Shown here: piece by piece, positions 26,369 to 36,319 of the stretch
Layout of the letters: each line of letters starts with the position of its first letter
Numbering within the stretch: the first letter of the stretch is position 1
Program-made: the position numbers and the translations under genes
NCBI GenBank assembly: GCA_965205655.1
Contig: CBDBIJ010000110.1
Location: 35,784-99,783 of the forward strand
Length of the DNA stretch: 64,000 nt
Reading direction: 5' to 3'
Origin: Candidatus Latescibacterota bacterium
GTDB taxonomy: Bacteria; Latescibacterota; UBA2968; UBA8231
The notes under the pieces: model-generated
Database searches by the model: none
Seen by the model: the letters and a program-made list of their open reading frames with translations, nothing else
What the model was told of the DNA's origin: nothing

Positions 26369-27502
26369 TCAGAAACCGCCCTCTCCCATCTCCGGCTCAA
26401 CGGGCTCGGTTTCCTCGAGCAGCTCGTCGATAAAACCGTCGTCTATAGGCTCTTCGTCGAGGTAGTCCCTTGCCGTTGAGTCGACGAATACCGATTCGTA
26501 TCCACTCGTTTCGACAGATGGAGGCTCTGGGCCGAGGATGAAGATCACGCGGCACTGCGTCAGGAAATCTCCTTCCATGTCCGCCATCCTCGCCCTGACA
26601 CCGCTGTCCCTGCTGATCACGACATCGCTGTTGTAGAGTCCGGAGAGGGCGACGGCTTCGACGACGAAGGGATTGGCCTCGGTGCCGCCGATGCGGTCGC
26701 TCGATGCGGCGCGGGCGATATCCTTGTCGTAGCCGACTATTCCCAAGCGCACGGCGTAATCTCTGTCTACGTGGTCGGCGCTGTAGATAACCCGGTCGTC
26801 GGTATCGATGATCCGCGGCGACATACTTGGTGTGAGATCCGTTCCTCGCGCATCGACGATCAGTCCCGTGTACGGTTCGGGTGGTACGAAGACGAGAAGC
26901 GAATCCGATTCCGTCAGCTCGAGCGACGGCAGATCTCGCGCCGGCGATTCGGCCGATGTTGAGTCTGGCAGCGGCAACACGGCGTCGGCCATCTCGCCGA
27001 GCAGATCCAGCTTCAGGGCGATACGGAAGAGTTCGCCCTCCTGCTCTCGACTGCCCGTGAGAACTCGAGCACCTTTGACGATGCCTTCGACTCTGGCGCG
27101 GATCGAGTCGTCGCTGACCATCGCCATGCTCACCGTGGTCTGACCATCAATCTGGACCTCCCCGATGATCTCGAGGAGATTGCGGTAGGCGACGAGCTTG
27201 GCAGCGCGAAAGCCCATCAGCCTGGCACGCACCGGATTGGCTTCGGCGGGAGCTGCTCCCTCGCCGTAGACGACGAGGCTGCTTTCAGTCCAGTCGAGGC
27301 TGCCCTCGATGCGACTCCTCTCAGAGGACTCGACTTCGATCGTCTCAACGACGTCCTGGCCGTCGACGGCATTCGCTGCAGGCGTCAGCGTGGCCAGGAC
27401 GAGGAGGAAGGCAAGTAGCAAGAGGGAATCCTTGGGGGAAAATGGGACAGCGGAGTGGCTCTGTAAGCCGAGTTCTGTCCGCGCCAGGCGCGGGGCGATC
27501 AT
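26369..27502 (-). CDS. LPP20-like secreted/lipoprotein-family protein (hypothetical)
   Basis: Signal sequence '..LLLLAFLLVLATLTPAANA'. 'PVRARLMGFRAAKLVAYRNLLEIIGEVQIDGQTTV' resembles the LPP20 family. ATG 27502 lies inside rnpB, so the start is uncertain (alternative TTG ~27421). Confidence 0.6.
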   Translation of the reverse strand: MIAPRLARTELGLQSHSAVPFSPKDSLLLLAFLLVLATLTPAANAVDGQDVVETIEVESSERSRIEGSLDWTESSLVVYGEGAAPAEANPVRARLMGFRAAKLVAYRNLLEIIGEVQIDGQTTVSMAMVSDDSIRARVEGIVKGARVLTGSREQEGELFRIALKLDLLGEMADAVLPLPDSTSAESPARDLPSLELTESDSLLVFVPPEPYTGLIVDARGTDLTPSMSPRIIDTDDRVIYSADHVDRDYAVRLGIVGYDKDIARAASSDRIGGTEANPFVVEAVALSGLYNSDVVISRDSGVRARMADMEGDFLTQCRVIFILGPEPPSVETSGYESVFVDSTARDYLDEEPIDDGFIDELLEETEPVEPEMGEGGF

Positions 27503-27840
27503 TCATCTGGGGTCGCGGTTGCCCGCGGCCTCCGTGCGGCCTACCCGGGAGTCGACGAGGCGGACCACCTCTCCTCCCCTATTTGGCCTTGCTCCGGATG
27601 AGGTTTGCCTTGCCGTCGCCGTCGCCGGCGACGCGGTGAGCTCTTACCTCACCCTTTCACCCTTACCGCCCGGCTGACGCCGAAGCGGCGGTTTGCTTTC
27701 TGCTGCACTTTCTGTGGGGTCGCCCCCCCTGGGCGTTACCCAGCATCCTGTCCTGTGGAGCTCGGACTTTCCTCACCCCGACCTGGCGGGCGTCCCGAAG
27801 GTTCCCGCCGGCCGGCAGCGCGATCGCCCGAGCCACTCCG
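27451..27840 (-). ncRNA. rnpB: RNase P RNA, bacterial type A
   Basis: Reverse complement contains GAGGAAAGTCCGAGCTCCACAGG, GGTAACGCC, AGGGTGAAAGGGTGAGGTAAGAGCTCACC, CAAGGCCAAATAGGGG and ACAGAACTCGGCTTACAG. P1 pairs CGGAGTGGCTC (5') with GAGCCACTCCG (3'). Confidence 0.92.
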
Positions 27841-27904
27841 CCGTCAACATCGATCGATCGTGTCTGCATGGTCCAGTTGTAAGGACCGCGAGCGGCCTCG
27901 ACCG

Positions 27905-28615
27905 CTACGAGGACTCCTCGTCCCAGACCAGGATTGCCCCACAGCTCTCACAATTCAGGACCTGATCGTTGCGGCGGGCATTGCTTTTCTGCTGCGCCGG
28001 GAGCTGTCGATAACAGACGCCGCAGGAAGCCTTCCTCACCGCGGCGACGCGTAGTCCTCGAAAGCTGCGGCTGCGCTGGTAGATACCGATCAGATTCTGA
28101 TCGATGCCCCGCATGGCTTGATCACGGCGCGAATTGACGCCGTCGACCTGTCCTTGTATCGAGTCGAGCTTGGACTGCAGTTCGTCGATGACCGATTGCT
28201 GAGCTTCCCGAATCTCCTCGAGGTCCTGCCCCTCGATTTCCGTCTGCTCCTGCGTGGCCTCTGCGGATTCGATGATTTCGAGAATCTCAGTCTCGCATTC
28301 GGACATCTTGTTCTTACAGGACTCTATCTCGAGCTGAAGGGCGTCGTACTCCTTGTTGGTCGTGACTTCCGCGAAGCGTGCCTCGTGCTTCTTGAGATCC
28401 TCCTTGGCGCTATCGAGCTGTCTCTCGAAGTGTCGCTGCTGCTTCTCCAGCTCTTCGGTCCTGTCGGTCAACTCCTTGAGCCTCAGCTCAGCCTGATCTA
28501 TCTCGCTCCGCCGCTGGGAGATCTCCTCTGGGTATTGACTCTTCGCTTCTTCTAGCGCCTGCAATTCCCGATCCACCTCTTGTACTCTCAACAACTGCAG
28601 TAGATCGTCCTTCAT
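27905..28615 (-). CDS. coiled-coil + C4 zinc-ribbon protein (DUF164/COG1579 family)
   Basis: Start taken at 'MKDDLLQLLRVQEVDRELQ'. Long coiled coil. C-terminal 'CGVCYRQLP...LNCESCGAILV'. Confidence 0.75.
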   Translation of the reverse strand: MKDDLLQLLRVQEVDRELQALEEAKSQYPEEISQRRSEIDQAELRLKELTDRTEELEKQQRHFERQLDSAKEDLKKHEARFAEVTTNKEYDALQLEIESCKNKMSECETEILEIIESAEATQEQTEIEGQDLEEIREAQQSVIDELQSKLDSIQGQVDGVNSRRDQAMRGIDQNLIGIYQRSRSFRGLRVAAVRKASCGVCYRQLPAQQKSNARRNDQVLNCESCGAILVWDEESS

Positions 28616-28825
28616 ATGTAGCACCGCCTCACTTGGGGCAAACTCGACATCCGCCACCAGCTCCCTTCGCGGGCTTGGCGTGGTGTACGGATACGAAAAA
28701 GTGCACCCCGCGGGTGCACCTCTCTTCAGCGAATCGTTTGTCTCGGTCACTCATAATGAGATTAAGAAAACTACTGCGTTTGCTGTGTCGGTCAACCCTT
28801 GCGAGCCGAGGTATCGTCCAGTTGC

Positions 28826-29779
28826 TCACTCGGCATTCGCTCTTCGAATCCTCGCGACTTCTGACTCGGCACTGTCGGCTGCGGCGTCGCGCTGTAGCTC
28901 TCTCAGAAGTGCCGCCAGGTCCTCAAGGGCCGCGGCGCGTTCGAATGGGTCGCCGACGTGAGCGTAGATTTCGGCCGCGGTGCGATACATCGACAGAGCC
29001 TCCTGGTGGCGCTGCTGCACGTCGTAGAGCACGCCCAGGGCGTGATGGGTCCTGGCGAGATGACTTCCATGACCGGTGCTCTCGGTCTGGATCTCGAGGG
29101 CCTGTAGGTACATCCCCTCCGCTTGCTCATAGCTGTCGTTGATGTACAGATCGAATGCCCGCGCGTATAGCATGAGGCCCATTGAGAGCGCTGCCAGTGA
29201 GTCGGCGCGAACGCTGTCGCCGCGGGCGCTATAGGTCTTGCCCAGGCCTCCGAGAGTGTACGCCAGGAAATCATCGTGAGGCTCGAGCGCAGTGATTCCC
29301 TCGTCCTTCATCGACAGGATCTGCAAGTAAAGAGATTCGGAGCGCGAGTAGTCTTCGCGGGCCAGGCTGAGGTCGGCGAGGCTCGCCAGAGTGCCGACGA
29401 TCAAGTACCCGGGGGCGTGATCGGCGTCTTGACCGTTCGTCTGAGCCGTCAGGAGGCGCTGGTAGAGGCTTTCGGCTTTTGCCACTTCACCGCGAATCGC
29501 GTGGACGCGGGCAAGTCCTCCCAAAACCCTGGCAAACTCTTCGCCGGTTGCCAGCTCCTCACGGTCCGGAGCTCGCTCGATGGCCGCGGCGGCGGCTCGG
29601 TAGTGCCTGGCGGCGGCGTCGAATTGACGTCGCTGCGCGGCGTCCTCGGCTGCCATCAGGCGCTGTCTCCAAGCCTCGTGTTCGCCCTCCGAGCTCCCGT
29701 CATCCCCACCGCAGGCGCAAAGGGCGCACACACTTGCGAGAGCAAACAGCAGGCGGTTGGAGAATGCTCTGTCCCGCAT
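28826..29779 (-). CDS. TPR-repeat lipoprotein (hypothetical)
   Basis: Start taken at 'MRDRAFSNRLLFALASVCALCACGG' (lipobox), followed by TPR_12-like repeats. Confidence 0.7.
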   Translation of the reverse strand: MRDRAFSNRLLFALASVCALCACGGDDGSSEGEHEAWRQRLMAAEDAAQRRQFDAAARHYRAAAAAIERAPDREELATGEEFARVLGGLARVHAIRGEVAKAESLYQRLLTAQTNGQDADHAPGYLIVGTLASLADLSLAREDYSRSESLYLQILSMKDEGITALEPHDDFLAYTLGGLGKTYSARGDSVRADSLAALSMGLMLYARAFDLYINDSYEQAEGMYLQALEIQTESTGHGSHLARTHHALGVLYDVQQRHQEALSMYRTAAEIYAHVGDPFERAAALEDLAALLRELQRDAAADSAESEVARIRRANAE

Positions 29780-29878
29780 TGTATCGAATACGCTGCTGGC
29801 GCTTCTGATTCGACCCGTAAAAAAACCCCCGGAAAGCGGCTCTCCGGAATCGTGCCAGCTCTCCAAGGCTCAGTTCAT

Positions 29879-29910
29879 GGTGACGTGAGCTATGGGTGAC
29901 GTGAGCTATG
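29879..29910. repeat. perfect 2 x 16-nt tandem repeat GGTGACGTGAGCTATG abutting the tRNA-Val 3' end
   Basis: Read directly: 29879-29894 is identical to 29895-29910. Confidence 0.85.
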
Positions 29911-29911
29911 A

Positions 29912-29988
29912 TGGTGGGCGATACTAGATTTGAACTAGTGACCTCTGGTATGTGAAACCAGCGCTCTAACCAACTGAGCTAATCGCCC
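29912..29988 (-). tRNA. tRNA-Val(CAC), CCA encoded
   Basis: Reverse complement GGGCGATTAGCTCAGTTGGTTAGAGCGCTGGTTTCACATACCAGAGGTCACTAGTTCAAATCTAGTATCGCCCACCA. Confidence 0.9.
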
Positions 29989-30095
29989 ATTTTTTATCCG
30001 CGATGAAATTAGATCTCCCCCGCGGCCGCTGCAAGAATCGTCCGCGACCGGGACAGACAATATAGGAGCCCGCGGAGCCCGTATCTAACGGTCTC

Positions 30096-31478
30096 CTATA
30101 CCAGCTGATGCGCTCGTTCCTCCTTGAATACCTTGACTACATGCCTGAGGGCGTTCGCCGTGTGTTGGATATCGTCTCCCGTGTGGACGGCGGAGACAAA
30201 CCCCCCGGGCCAGGAGTTGACATCGACGCCCTGCGCCAGCATTCCTGAGCGGACTTCCTGCGACAGCGATGCCGGAGCCCCGTCCTTCAGATCCTTGTAA
30301 TGGAGCGCTCCGGCGAGGATATCGTCGGCCGTGACGTCCAGATCATTGTTGTTGGGGAAAATGTGAAGGTCGGAGGAGATGCCGTAGACGACCCAGTTGA
30401 CGCCCTCGTCGCGGATGACCTCTCTCAGGGCGTCGCGCAGCATCGCTCCATTCCGTGTTGCCCTCTCCACGATGTCCGTCGTCTTGATGAGCTCCAGCTG
30501 CACCCGTCCGGCGGCGGCGGACAGCGGGTTGGCGTTGTAGGTCCCGAAATGGGCAATACGGCGCTCGGTGTTCCACTGTGGATCGTCCCTCAGCGTCAGC
30601 ATGTCCATGATCTCGGCGCTGCCGACGACGGCGCCACCTGGCAGGCCGCCCGCCACCACTTTGGCCAGGGTGGCCATATCTGGCTTGATGCCGAGGAGTT
30701 CCTGGGCACCTCCGCGGGCGACTCGAAAACCGCAGATCACCTCGTCGAATATGAGCAGGACGCCGTGCTGTTCGGTCACTTCCCTGAGCTGCTTCACGAA
30801 CTCCGGCGGCGCCGGGACCTGCCCGAAGGCAGTGCCGGTGGGTTCGAGGATGACGGCGGCGATGTCGTCAGTGCTCTGAAGAATCTGGCTGACGCGATCG
30901 ATTTCGTTCGGAGGACACATGACGATGTTGCTCGCCATTTCCGGCGTGATACCCGCCGGCAGCGAGCCGTCATAGTGAGAGGTGGAGGCGAAGGCGACCT
31001 GATCGTGCCAGCCGTGGAAATGACTTTCGAATCGGAGGATCTTGTTTTTTCTCTTGAAAGCCCGGGCAATGCGAAAGGCCATGAGAGTCGACTCGGTACC
31101 GGACGACGTGAACCGGACTTTTTCAGCGCACGGCACGAGCTCCGTGATGAGGTCGGCCCACTCCACTTCCATCTCGTGGGATGCGCCATAGTGCGTTCCG
31201 AGGGCGACCTGCTCCCGAACGGCCTCGACGATTACGGGGTGGCTGTGACCCATGATGAGGGCTCCGTGTCCGCCGAAGTAGTCGACGTACTCGTTGCCGT
31301 CCACGTCCCATTTGCGCGATCCCTGCGCCCGCTCCACGAACGGTGGATAGGGGTTGTGCAGTCTGGAGTCGTGGGTGACGCCGCTGGGGAAGGATGCGAG
31401 CGCCCGCTCGTTCAGGACCTGAGACTTTGGCGTCTTCTCTACGTACTCGCGGATCAGCGTTGATTTGTGCTCACTCAT
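30096..31478 (-). CDS. class-III (GSA-aminomutase-like) PLP-dependent aminotransferase
   Basis: Start at 'MSEHKS' with SD GGAGGAA. 'DGNEYVDYFGGHGALIMGH', 'FTSSGTESTLMAFRIAR', 'LIFDEVICGFR', 'FGTYNANP'. Confidence 0.85.
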   Translation of the reverse strand: MSEHKSTLIREYVEKTPKSQVLNERALASFPSGVTHDSRLHNPYPPFVERAQGSRKWDVDGNEYVDYFGGHGALIMGHSHPVIVEAVREQVALGTHYGASHEMEVEWADLITELVPCAEKVRFTSSGTESTLMAFRIARAFKRKNKILRFESHFHGWHDQVAFASTSHYDGSLPAGITPEMASNIVMCPPNEIDRVSQILQSTDDIAAVILEPTGTAFGQVPAPPEFVKQLREVTEQHGVLLIFDEVICGFRVARGGAQELLGIKPDMATLAKVVAGGLPGGAVVGSAEIMDMLTLRDDPQWNTERRIAHFGTYNANPLSAAAGRVQLELIKTTDIVERATRNGAMLRDALREVIRDEGVNWVVYGISSDLHIFPNNNDLDVTADDILAGALHYKDLKDGAPASLSQEVRSGMLAQGVDVNSWPGGFVSAVHTGDDIQHTANALRHVVKVFKEERAHQLV

Positions 31479-31856
31479 GGGTTCCTCCTGCAAGAGCCGT
31501 TGCTCTTTCTCCTCCATCTATCCACAATGACAGCGGAATTAATAAAAGGTCATAGCGCCCGTTTGCCAATCCAATTAAGGAAAGGTCCTCGAAACGCCGG
31601 GCGTCGTTCCTGCCAGTTGATTCTTTTATCGGGATCCGAGAGTTTACGTGCAGGCATCGGCGCTTCCCGCCGGTCGACCATCCTCCCCCATCTCCGCTTT
31701 ATCGGCATCGGCCGGCGATTGCTCCCAGGCCTTCGAGGTCTTCGTGTACGTGGGATCGATTCTTGCCACCTGAATGGAGCTAGCGGCCGCTGAACGGCGT
31801 TGTAACAGCAGGGGGTGTGACAAAATGAAACAGATATGTGTCGAAACGGGCTCGCG

Positions 31857-33764
31857 ATGAGGGCGCACGACCGCATCGATCTAGAGGGAGGTCTCAGGAA
31901 GCTGGGCCTCGCGGAGTTCCGCGGAGGCCAACGGCAGGCAATCGAGACCCTGCTCGAGGTGGGGCGGCTCCTCCTCGTCGCCCCCACCGGGGGAGGGAAG
32001 AGTCTGACGTATCAACTTCCGGCTGCGTGTCTGCCGGGCACGGCCCTCGTCGTGTCGCCCTTGATATCGCTCATGCACGACCAGGTTCAGGCTCTCGAAG
32101 AGCGCGGCGTCGCCGCGACATACCTTGCCGGCACGCTCGACGGAGACCAGCTAGGACGCCGCATGGCGGCGGCGGCGCGCGGAGCCTTCAAGCTCGTCTA
32201 CGTCGCCCCGGAGCGCCTCGCGCACGAGGGTTTCCGCGCCATGCTCGCGAAGCTCCAGTGCTCGCTCGTTGCCGTGGACGAAGCCCACTGCATCAGTCAG
32301 TGGGGGCACGACTTTCGCCCGGAATACATGCAGATCGGCGAGTTGCTCGAGCAGCTTCCACAGGCGCTCGTGCTCGCCTGCACGGCTACGGCGACGCCGG
32401 TTGTGCGCGATGAGATCCTGGAACGGCTTCAGATGCCTCCCGATACGCCGCAGATACTGCGCGGTTTTGCCCGTCCCAACCTGGCGCTGCGGGTTCGCGA
32501 ATCCGCCAGCAAGGCTGAGCGCCGGCTTCTCGTTGACGTTACTCTGCACAAAAGTCTCGGCGAGCCGGGCCAGGCGGATGGCACGGCAATCATCTATGCG
32601 CCGACACGCCGGAGCACGGAGCAGGAGGCAGATCGCCTGCGGCAGGCCGGTTGGGTCGCCGCCGCCTACCACGCCGGAATGGACGGTGGGCACCGAGAGC
32701 AGGTACAAGGAGCATTCGCCGGCGGCGAACTGGAGGTGGTGGTGGCGACGAACGCCTTCGGAATGGGGATTGATCGCCACGATGTGCGCTGCGTCATGCA
32801 TCTGGCCCCACCGGACTCGCTCGAAGCCTACTATCAAGAGGCCGGGCGGGGCGGGCGCGACGGAGGAGATGCGATCTGTCTCCTGATCGTCTCGCCGGGC
32901 GACATGGCCCTGCGCCGGCATCTCATTGAGAGGGACGTCGAGGGTCGCGAGCCCGACGAAGAGACGGTGCGTCACAAATGGAATCTATTTTTAGAGCTCA
33001 TGAGGTGGGCGGAAGGCGGCGGCTGTCGACACGACGCCATCCTGCGCTACTTCGGCGACGAGGCGGAGACCCTGCACGGCTGCGGTCGCTGTGACGTGTG
33101 TCTCGAACTCGCCGAGGATCATTGCGATCCCGAAGAGGTCAGCACGATCGTACGCAAGGCCCTCTGCGGAGTAGCCCGGATCGATGGACGCTTCGGAATT
33201 CAAGCCGCCGCCAAGCTTTTGCGCGGCGCTGCCGACGAGCGTCTGCAATGGTCGGGCCTGGAGCACACGCCGACATTCGGAGTGCTGGCTGACCACCCGG
33301 AAGAATGGCTGCTCAGGCTGCTGCGACGCTGCGTCACAGCCGGATGGATAGACTTTTCCGGAGGAGAGAGGCCCGTGGTCGTCCTCACCGAGGAGGGCCG
33401 GTCGGTCATTCACGCCAGGCGGCCGGCGCGACTGCTGCTGCCGCCGCTGGCGCGAGCGCTGCCGACAGCGGGGTCGTCGGCGCAAGTTCGGCGGAAGAAA
33501 TCCGGGAGTGACTTCGACAGCGAGCTCGACGAGTCGGGAAGGGCTCTCTTTGAGGCCTTGCGCGCATATCGCATCGAGACCGCTCGCGAAGCAAAGGTGC
33601 CTCCCTACGTCATCGCCAGCGACCGCACCCTGCGCGACATCGCAGCGCTTCGCCCCGACAGCATCGAGGAGCTCAAGCTGGCGCACGGAATAGGACCGTC
33701 CAAGGCCGAGAAGTACGGCGAAGACCTGCTCCAGCTGATCAGGACAGCCGACCGAAGTGAATAA
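31857..33764 (+). CDS. recQ: ATP-dependent DNA helicase RecQ (with HRDC domain)
   Basis: 'FRGGQRQAIE', 'APTGGGKSLTYQLPA', 'VAVDEAHCISQWGHDFRP', 'TNAFGMGIDRHDVRCV', Zn motif 'CRH...CGRCDVC', C-terminal HRDC 'LFEALRAYR...VPPYVIASDRTLRDIA'. Confidence 0.92.
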   Translation: MRAHDRIDLEGGLRKLGLAEFRGGQRQAIETLLEVGRLLLVAPTGGGKSLTYQLPAACLPGTALVVSPLISLMHDQVQALEERGVAATYLAGTLDGDQLGRRMAAAARGAFKLVYVAPERLAHEGFRAMLAKLQCSLVAVDEAHCISQWGHDFRPEYMQIGELLEQLPQALVLACTATATPVVRDEILERLQMPPDTPQILRGFARPNLALRVRESASKAERRLLVDVTLHKSLGEPGQADGTAIIYAPTRRSTEQEADRLRQAGWVAAAYHAGMDGGHREQVQGAFAGGELEVVVATNAFGMGIDRHDVRCVMHLAPPDSLEAYYQEAGRGGRDGGDAICLLIVSPGDMALRRHLIERDVEGREPDEETVRHKWNLFLELMRWAEGGGCRHDAILRYFGDEAETLHGCGRCDVCLELAEDHCDPEEVSTIVRKALCGVARIDGRFGIQAAAKLLRGAADERLQWSGLEHTPTFGVLADHPEEWLLRLLRRCVTAGWIDFSGGERPVVVLTEEGRSVIHARRPARLLLPPLARALPTAGSSAQVRRKKSGSDFDSELDESGRALFEALRAYRIETAREAKVPPYVIASDRTLRDIAALRPDSIEELKLAHGIGPSKAEKYGEDLLQLIRTADRSE

Positions 33765-33815
33765 GGCGGTCGTCAGCGCATGTGCTCACGACCGCCTCTT
33801 ACGCCTGCTCGATAG

Positions 33816-33892
33816 TGGTGGGCCCAGTAGGACTCGAACCTACGACCAACGGATTATGAGTCCGCCGCTCTAACCAACTGAGCTATGGGCCC
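33816..33892 (-). tRNA. tRNA with CAT anticodon (elongator Met or, more likely, Ile2/lysidine type), CCA encoded
   Basis: Reverse complement GGGCCCATAGCTCAGTTGGTTAGAGCGGCGGACTCATAATCCGTTGGTCG...GGGCCCACCA. G1:C72 excludes an initiator. C4/C5 in the acceptor stem and the anticodon stem resemble E. coli ileX. Confidence 0.85.
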
Positions 33893-34002
33893 TTCTGTCA
33901 GAGCTGGGATAATGAAGCTAGGGGACGCGGATTGACGGTCAAGGCCGAATCGCGAGAGGCCTCAACTGTGAAAGATTTGCTACGAACTCCTCGCAGTCGC
34001 TG

Positions 34003-35775
34003 TCAGTGGGTTCCCAAACTCTGGCGGGCCCGGATGAGCTCCGCGACTTCGGCGTTGATGCGGGAGACATCTCCGTCCTGAGAGTCCTGCACGGCTTCTC
34101 GAAGCTCCCGTCTCGACTGCTGTATCTGACGGGTCAGCGCCTCCTTCTGGAAACGCAGGATATGGTCTTGCCACTGCTCTCGAACATGGGACTCGTCGAA
34201 GCCCTCCATCGCACACAGCGAGATGAGCTGCGTCAGCGACTCGTCTTCGACGCCGCTCATCAGCTGGGATAGATCGAGGCTGTCCGTGTCGCCATGCTCT
34301 TCGAACAGAAGTCCTGCAAGGCGGCAACACCTCGCGTCGGTCATGTCGTTCGGCTCGAGTTGTTGCGCCGTTGGCGCGATGAGCTCGGGATGAAGCAGAA
34401 GGAGACCGAGGAACTCCCGCTCCGTTCTCGGCGGATCGGGCAACTGCTCTGACGGCGCCTCGCCGGGCTCAGGGCGGCGTTGGGGGCCGCGCTGCAGCGA
34501 GCGCTGCACCGTCTGCCGCAGGGCTTTCTCGTCGATGCCGAAACGTTCCGCCGTGCACCGGAAGAGGTGATCGAGGCGCACGGGCTCCCGGCACCGGGCA
34601 AACAGGGGTTGTACCGCCTGAACGGCTCGATCTCTGCCACCCAGGCTCCGCAGATCGAACTGGTGCGCGAGCTTTGAGAGGAAGTAATCGAGCGCCGGCT
34701 CGGCTGCCTCGATAGCGGCCTCCAGCGACGCTCGGCCTTCCGCGCGCACGAATGAGTCCGGATCGTGATCCCGGGGAAGCGACACGACGCCGGCATCGAC
34801 CCCGGCTGCGAGCAGCACCTCGATGCCGCGCATGGCAGCCGTCGATCCGGCGGAATCTCCGTCGAAAAGCAACACGACCCGGTGTGTGTAGCGCCCCAGC
34901 GTGCGGCAGTGCTCTTCTGTGAGGGACGTGCCCGATGAGGCGACGACGTTCGGGACTTCGTGTTGCACGAGACTGAGGACATCCATGTAGCCCTCCACGA
35001 CGATGGCGCAATCTCGCTTGCGGATGTCGTCGCGCGTCGAGCTCAGCCCGTACAGAACAGAGCTCTTGTGATATATGGGAGTCTCGGGCGAGTTGAGATA
35101 TTTCGGCTCGTCATCCGATGCGAGCGCGCGGGCGCCGAACCCGACGGTTCGGTCGGACAGATTGGCGATGGGGAAGATGAGGCGATTTCGAAAGCGATCG
35201 TAATGACCGGGGCCCCTGCGGCTCGGCAGTGCCAGTCCGGCCTTCTCGAGGAGCTCGGGTTTGAAACCGCGGCGATCCGCCACTGGGAGGAAGTCCGTCC
35301 ATCCGCCCGGGGCATAGCCGAGGGCGAAGCGATCGATCGTCTCGTCCGCGATGCCGCGCCGGCGAAGGTAACCCAGCGCCGCGGCTCCCACCTCCTGACC
35401 CAGCATATGGTGGAAGTACTTCTTCGCCAGCTCGCTGGCCCTGAAGAGCTGGTCGGCGACCTCGCTCTCACCGTCACCTTTGCGAGGCAGCGGAATGCCA
35501 GAGCGGTCGGCGAGAAAGGAGACGGCTTCGACGAAGCTGACTCGATCGACTTCCTGCAGAAACGTGAAGATGTTCCCCCCTGCACCGCAGCCGAAACAGC
35601 GATATATCTGCAGCTCCGGATTGACGCTGAAAGAGGGAGTCTTCTCGTCATGGAAGGGACACAGACCGAAGAAGTTCCGACCGCGCTGCTTCAGCTGTAC
35701 GTGCTCCGATACGACGTCGACAATATCGGCTGTCGAACGGATGCGATCGATAGTCTCTTCGGGGATGCGGGCCAT
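34003..35775 (-). CDS. dnaG: DNA primase
   Basis: Zn finger 'CPFHDEKTPSFSVNPELQIYRCFGCG', TOPRIM 'VVEGYMDVL...LFDGDSAG'. 590 aa. Confidence 0.92.
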   Translation of the reverse strand: MARIPEETIDRIRSTADIVDVVSEHVQLKQRGRNFFGLCPFHDEKTPSFSVNPELQIYRCFGCGAGGNIFTFLQEVDRVSFVEAVSFLADRSGIPLPRKGDGESEVADQLFRASELAKKYFHHMLGQEVGAAALGYLRRRGIADETIDRFALGYAPGGWTDFLPVADRRGFKPELLEKAGLALPSRRGPGHYDRFRNRLIFPIANLSDRTVGFGARALASDDEPKYLNSPETPIYHKSSVLYGLSSTRDDIRKRDCAIVVEGYMDVLSLVQHEVPNVVASSGTSLTEEHCRTLGRYTHRVVLLFDGDSAGSTAAMRGIEVLLAAGVDAGVVSLPRDHDPDSFVRAEGRASLEAAIEAAEPALDYFLSKLAHQFDLRSLGGRDRAVQAVQPLFARCREPVRLDHLFRCTAERFGIDEKALRQTVQRSLQRGPQRRPEPGEAPSEQLPDPPRTEREFLGLLLLHPELIAPTAQQLEPNDMTDARCCRLAGLLFEEHGDTDSLDLSQLMSGVEDESLTQLISLCAMEGFDESHVREQWQDHILRFQKEALTRQIQQSRRELREAVQDSQDGDVSRINAEVAELIRARQSLGTH

Positions 35776-36291
35776 GGGAGGCGAATGCTGCGGGCCGTTG
35801 GCGGCTCGCCGGGCTCGATGCGTTTCGGTTAAGCTACCTTGCCACTGTTACCCAGTCAAAAGGAAGGGTGACAACCACTGGTGGTGTCATCGATCCAAAC
35901 TTTACCCCTCCCGTTGTGGTTGGTCGAGCATTTATTTAACAGGCTTCATGGAACCGTCGCAAGCCTGCTGCACCGCGGGAGTCGAGGCTGCCTGATTGTC
36001 GGCGGACGCGTGTGGTGTCCTGTATCACAGTCCGATCTTGCCGAGAGGCGTATCTTTCACATCGTCTTGTTGTCCGATCTGTCCGCCCGGGTGGCTGGTA
36101 GTGACAGCGGGTGTGCGGACGTAACTCAATACGTGGCAACCGGTTGTGTGTTTTCAGCGGCATCGAGGGCTTGGGGGGAGATTTTGTTGTCCGGCCGCCT
36201 CCGTTGGCCGGTCGCGAGCTTTCCAATAGGTTGCAGACCAGGGTGAAATTTGGGTGTTTCGCCGCGAACGGGGAAGTCTACAAGAAATTCC

Positions 36292-36319
36292 TTGACTTGG
36301 GGTGACAATGCCCTAAATT
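36292..36319 (+). promoter_or_regulatory. candidate sigma70 promoter (TTGACT-N16-TAAATT) for paralog 1
   Basis: Read from sequence. It would give a ~170-nt leader. Confidence 0.3.

Noticed and set aside
35881-36246. 121-aa ORF (and antisense 36313-36759) inside the dnaG/paralog intergenic region.
   Set aside because: There is no ribosome-binding site or motif, and the amino-acid composition is irregular. It is treated as non-coding.
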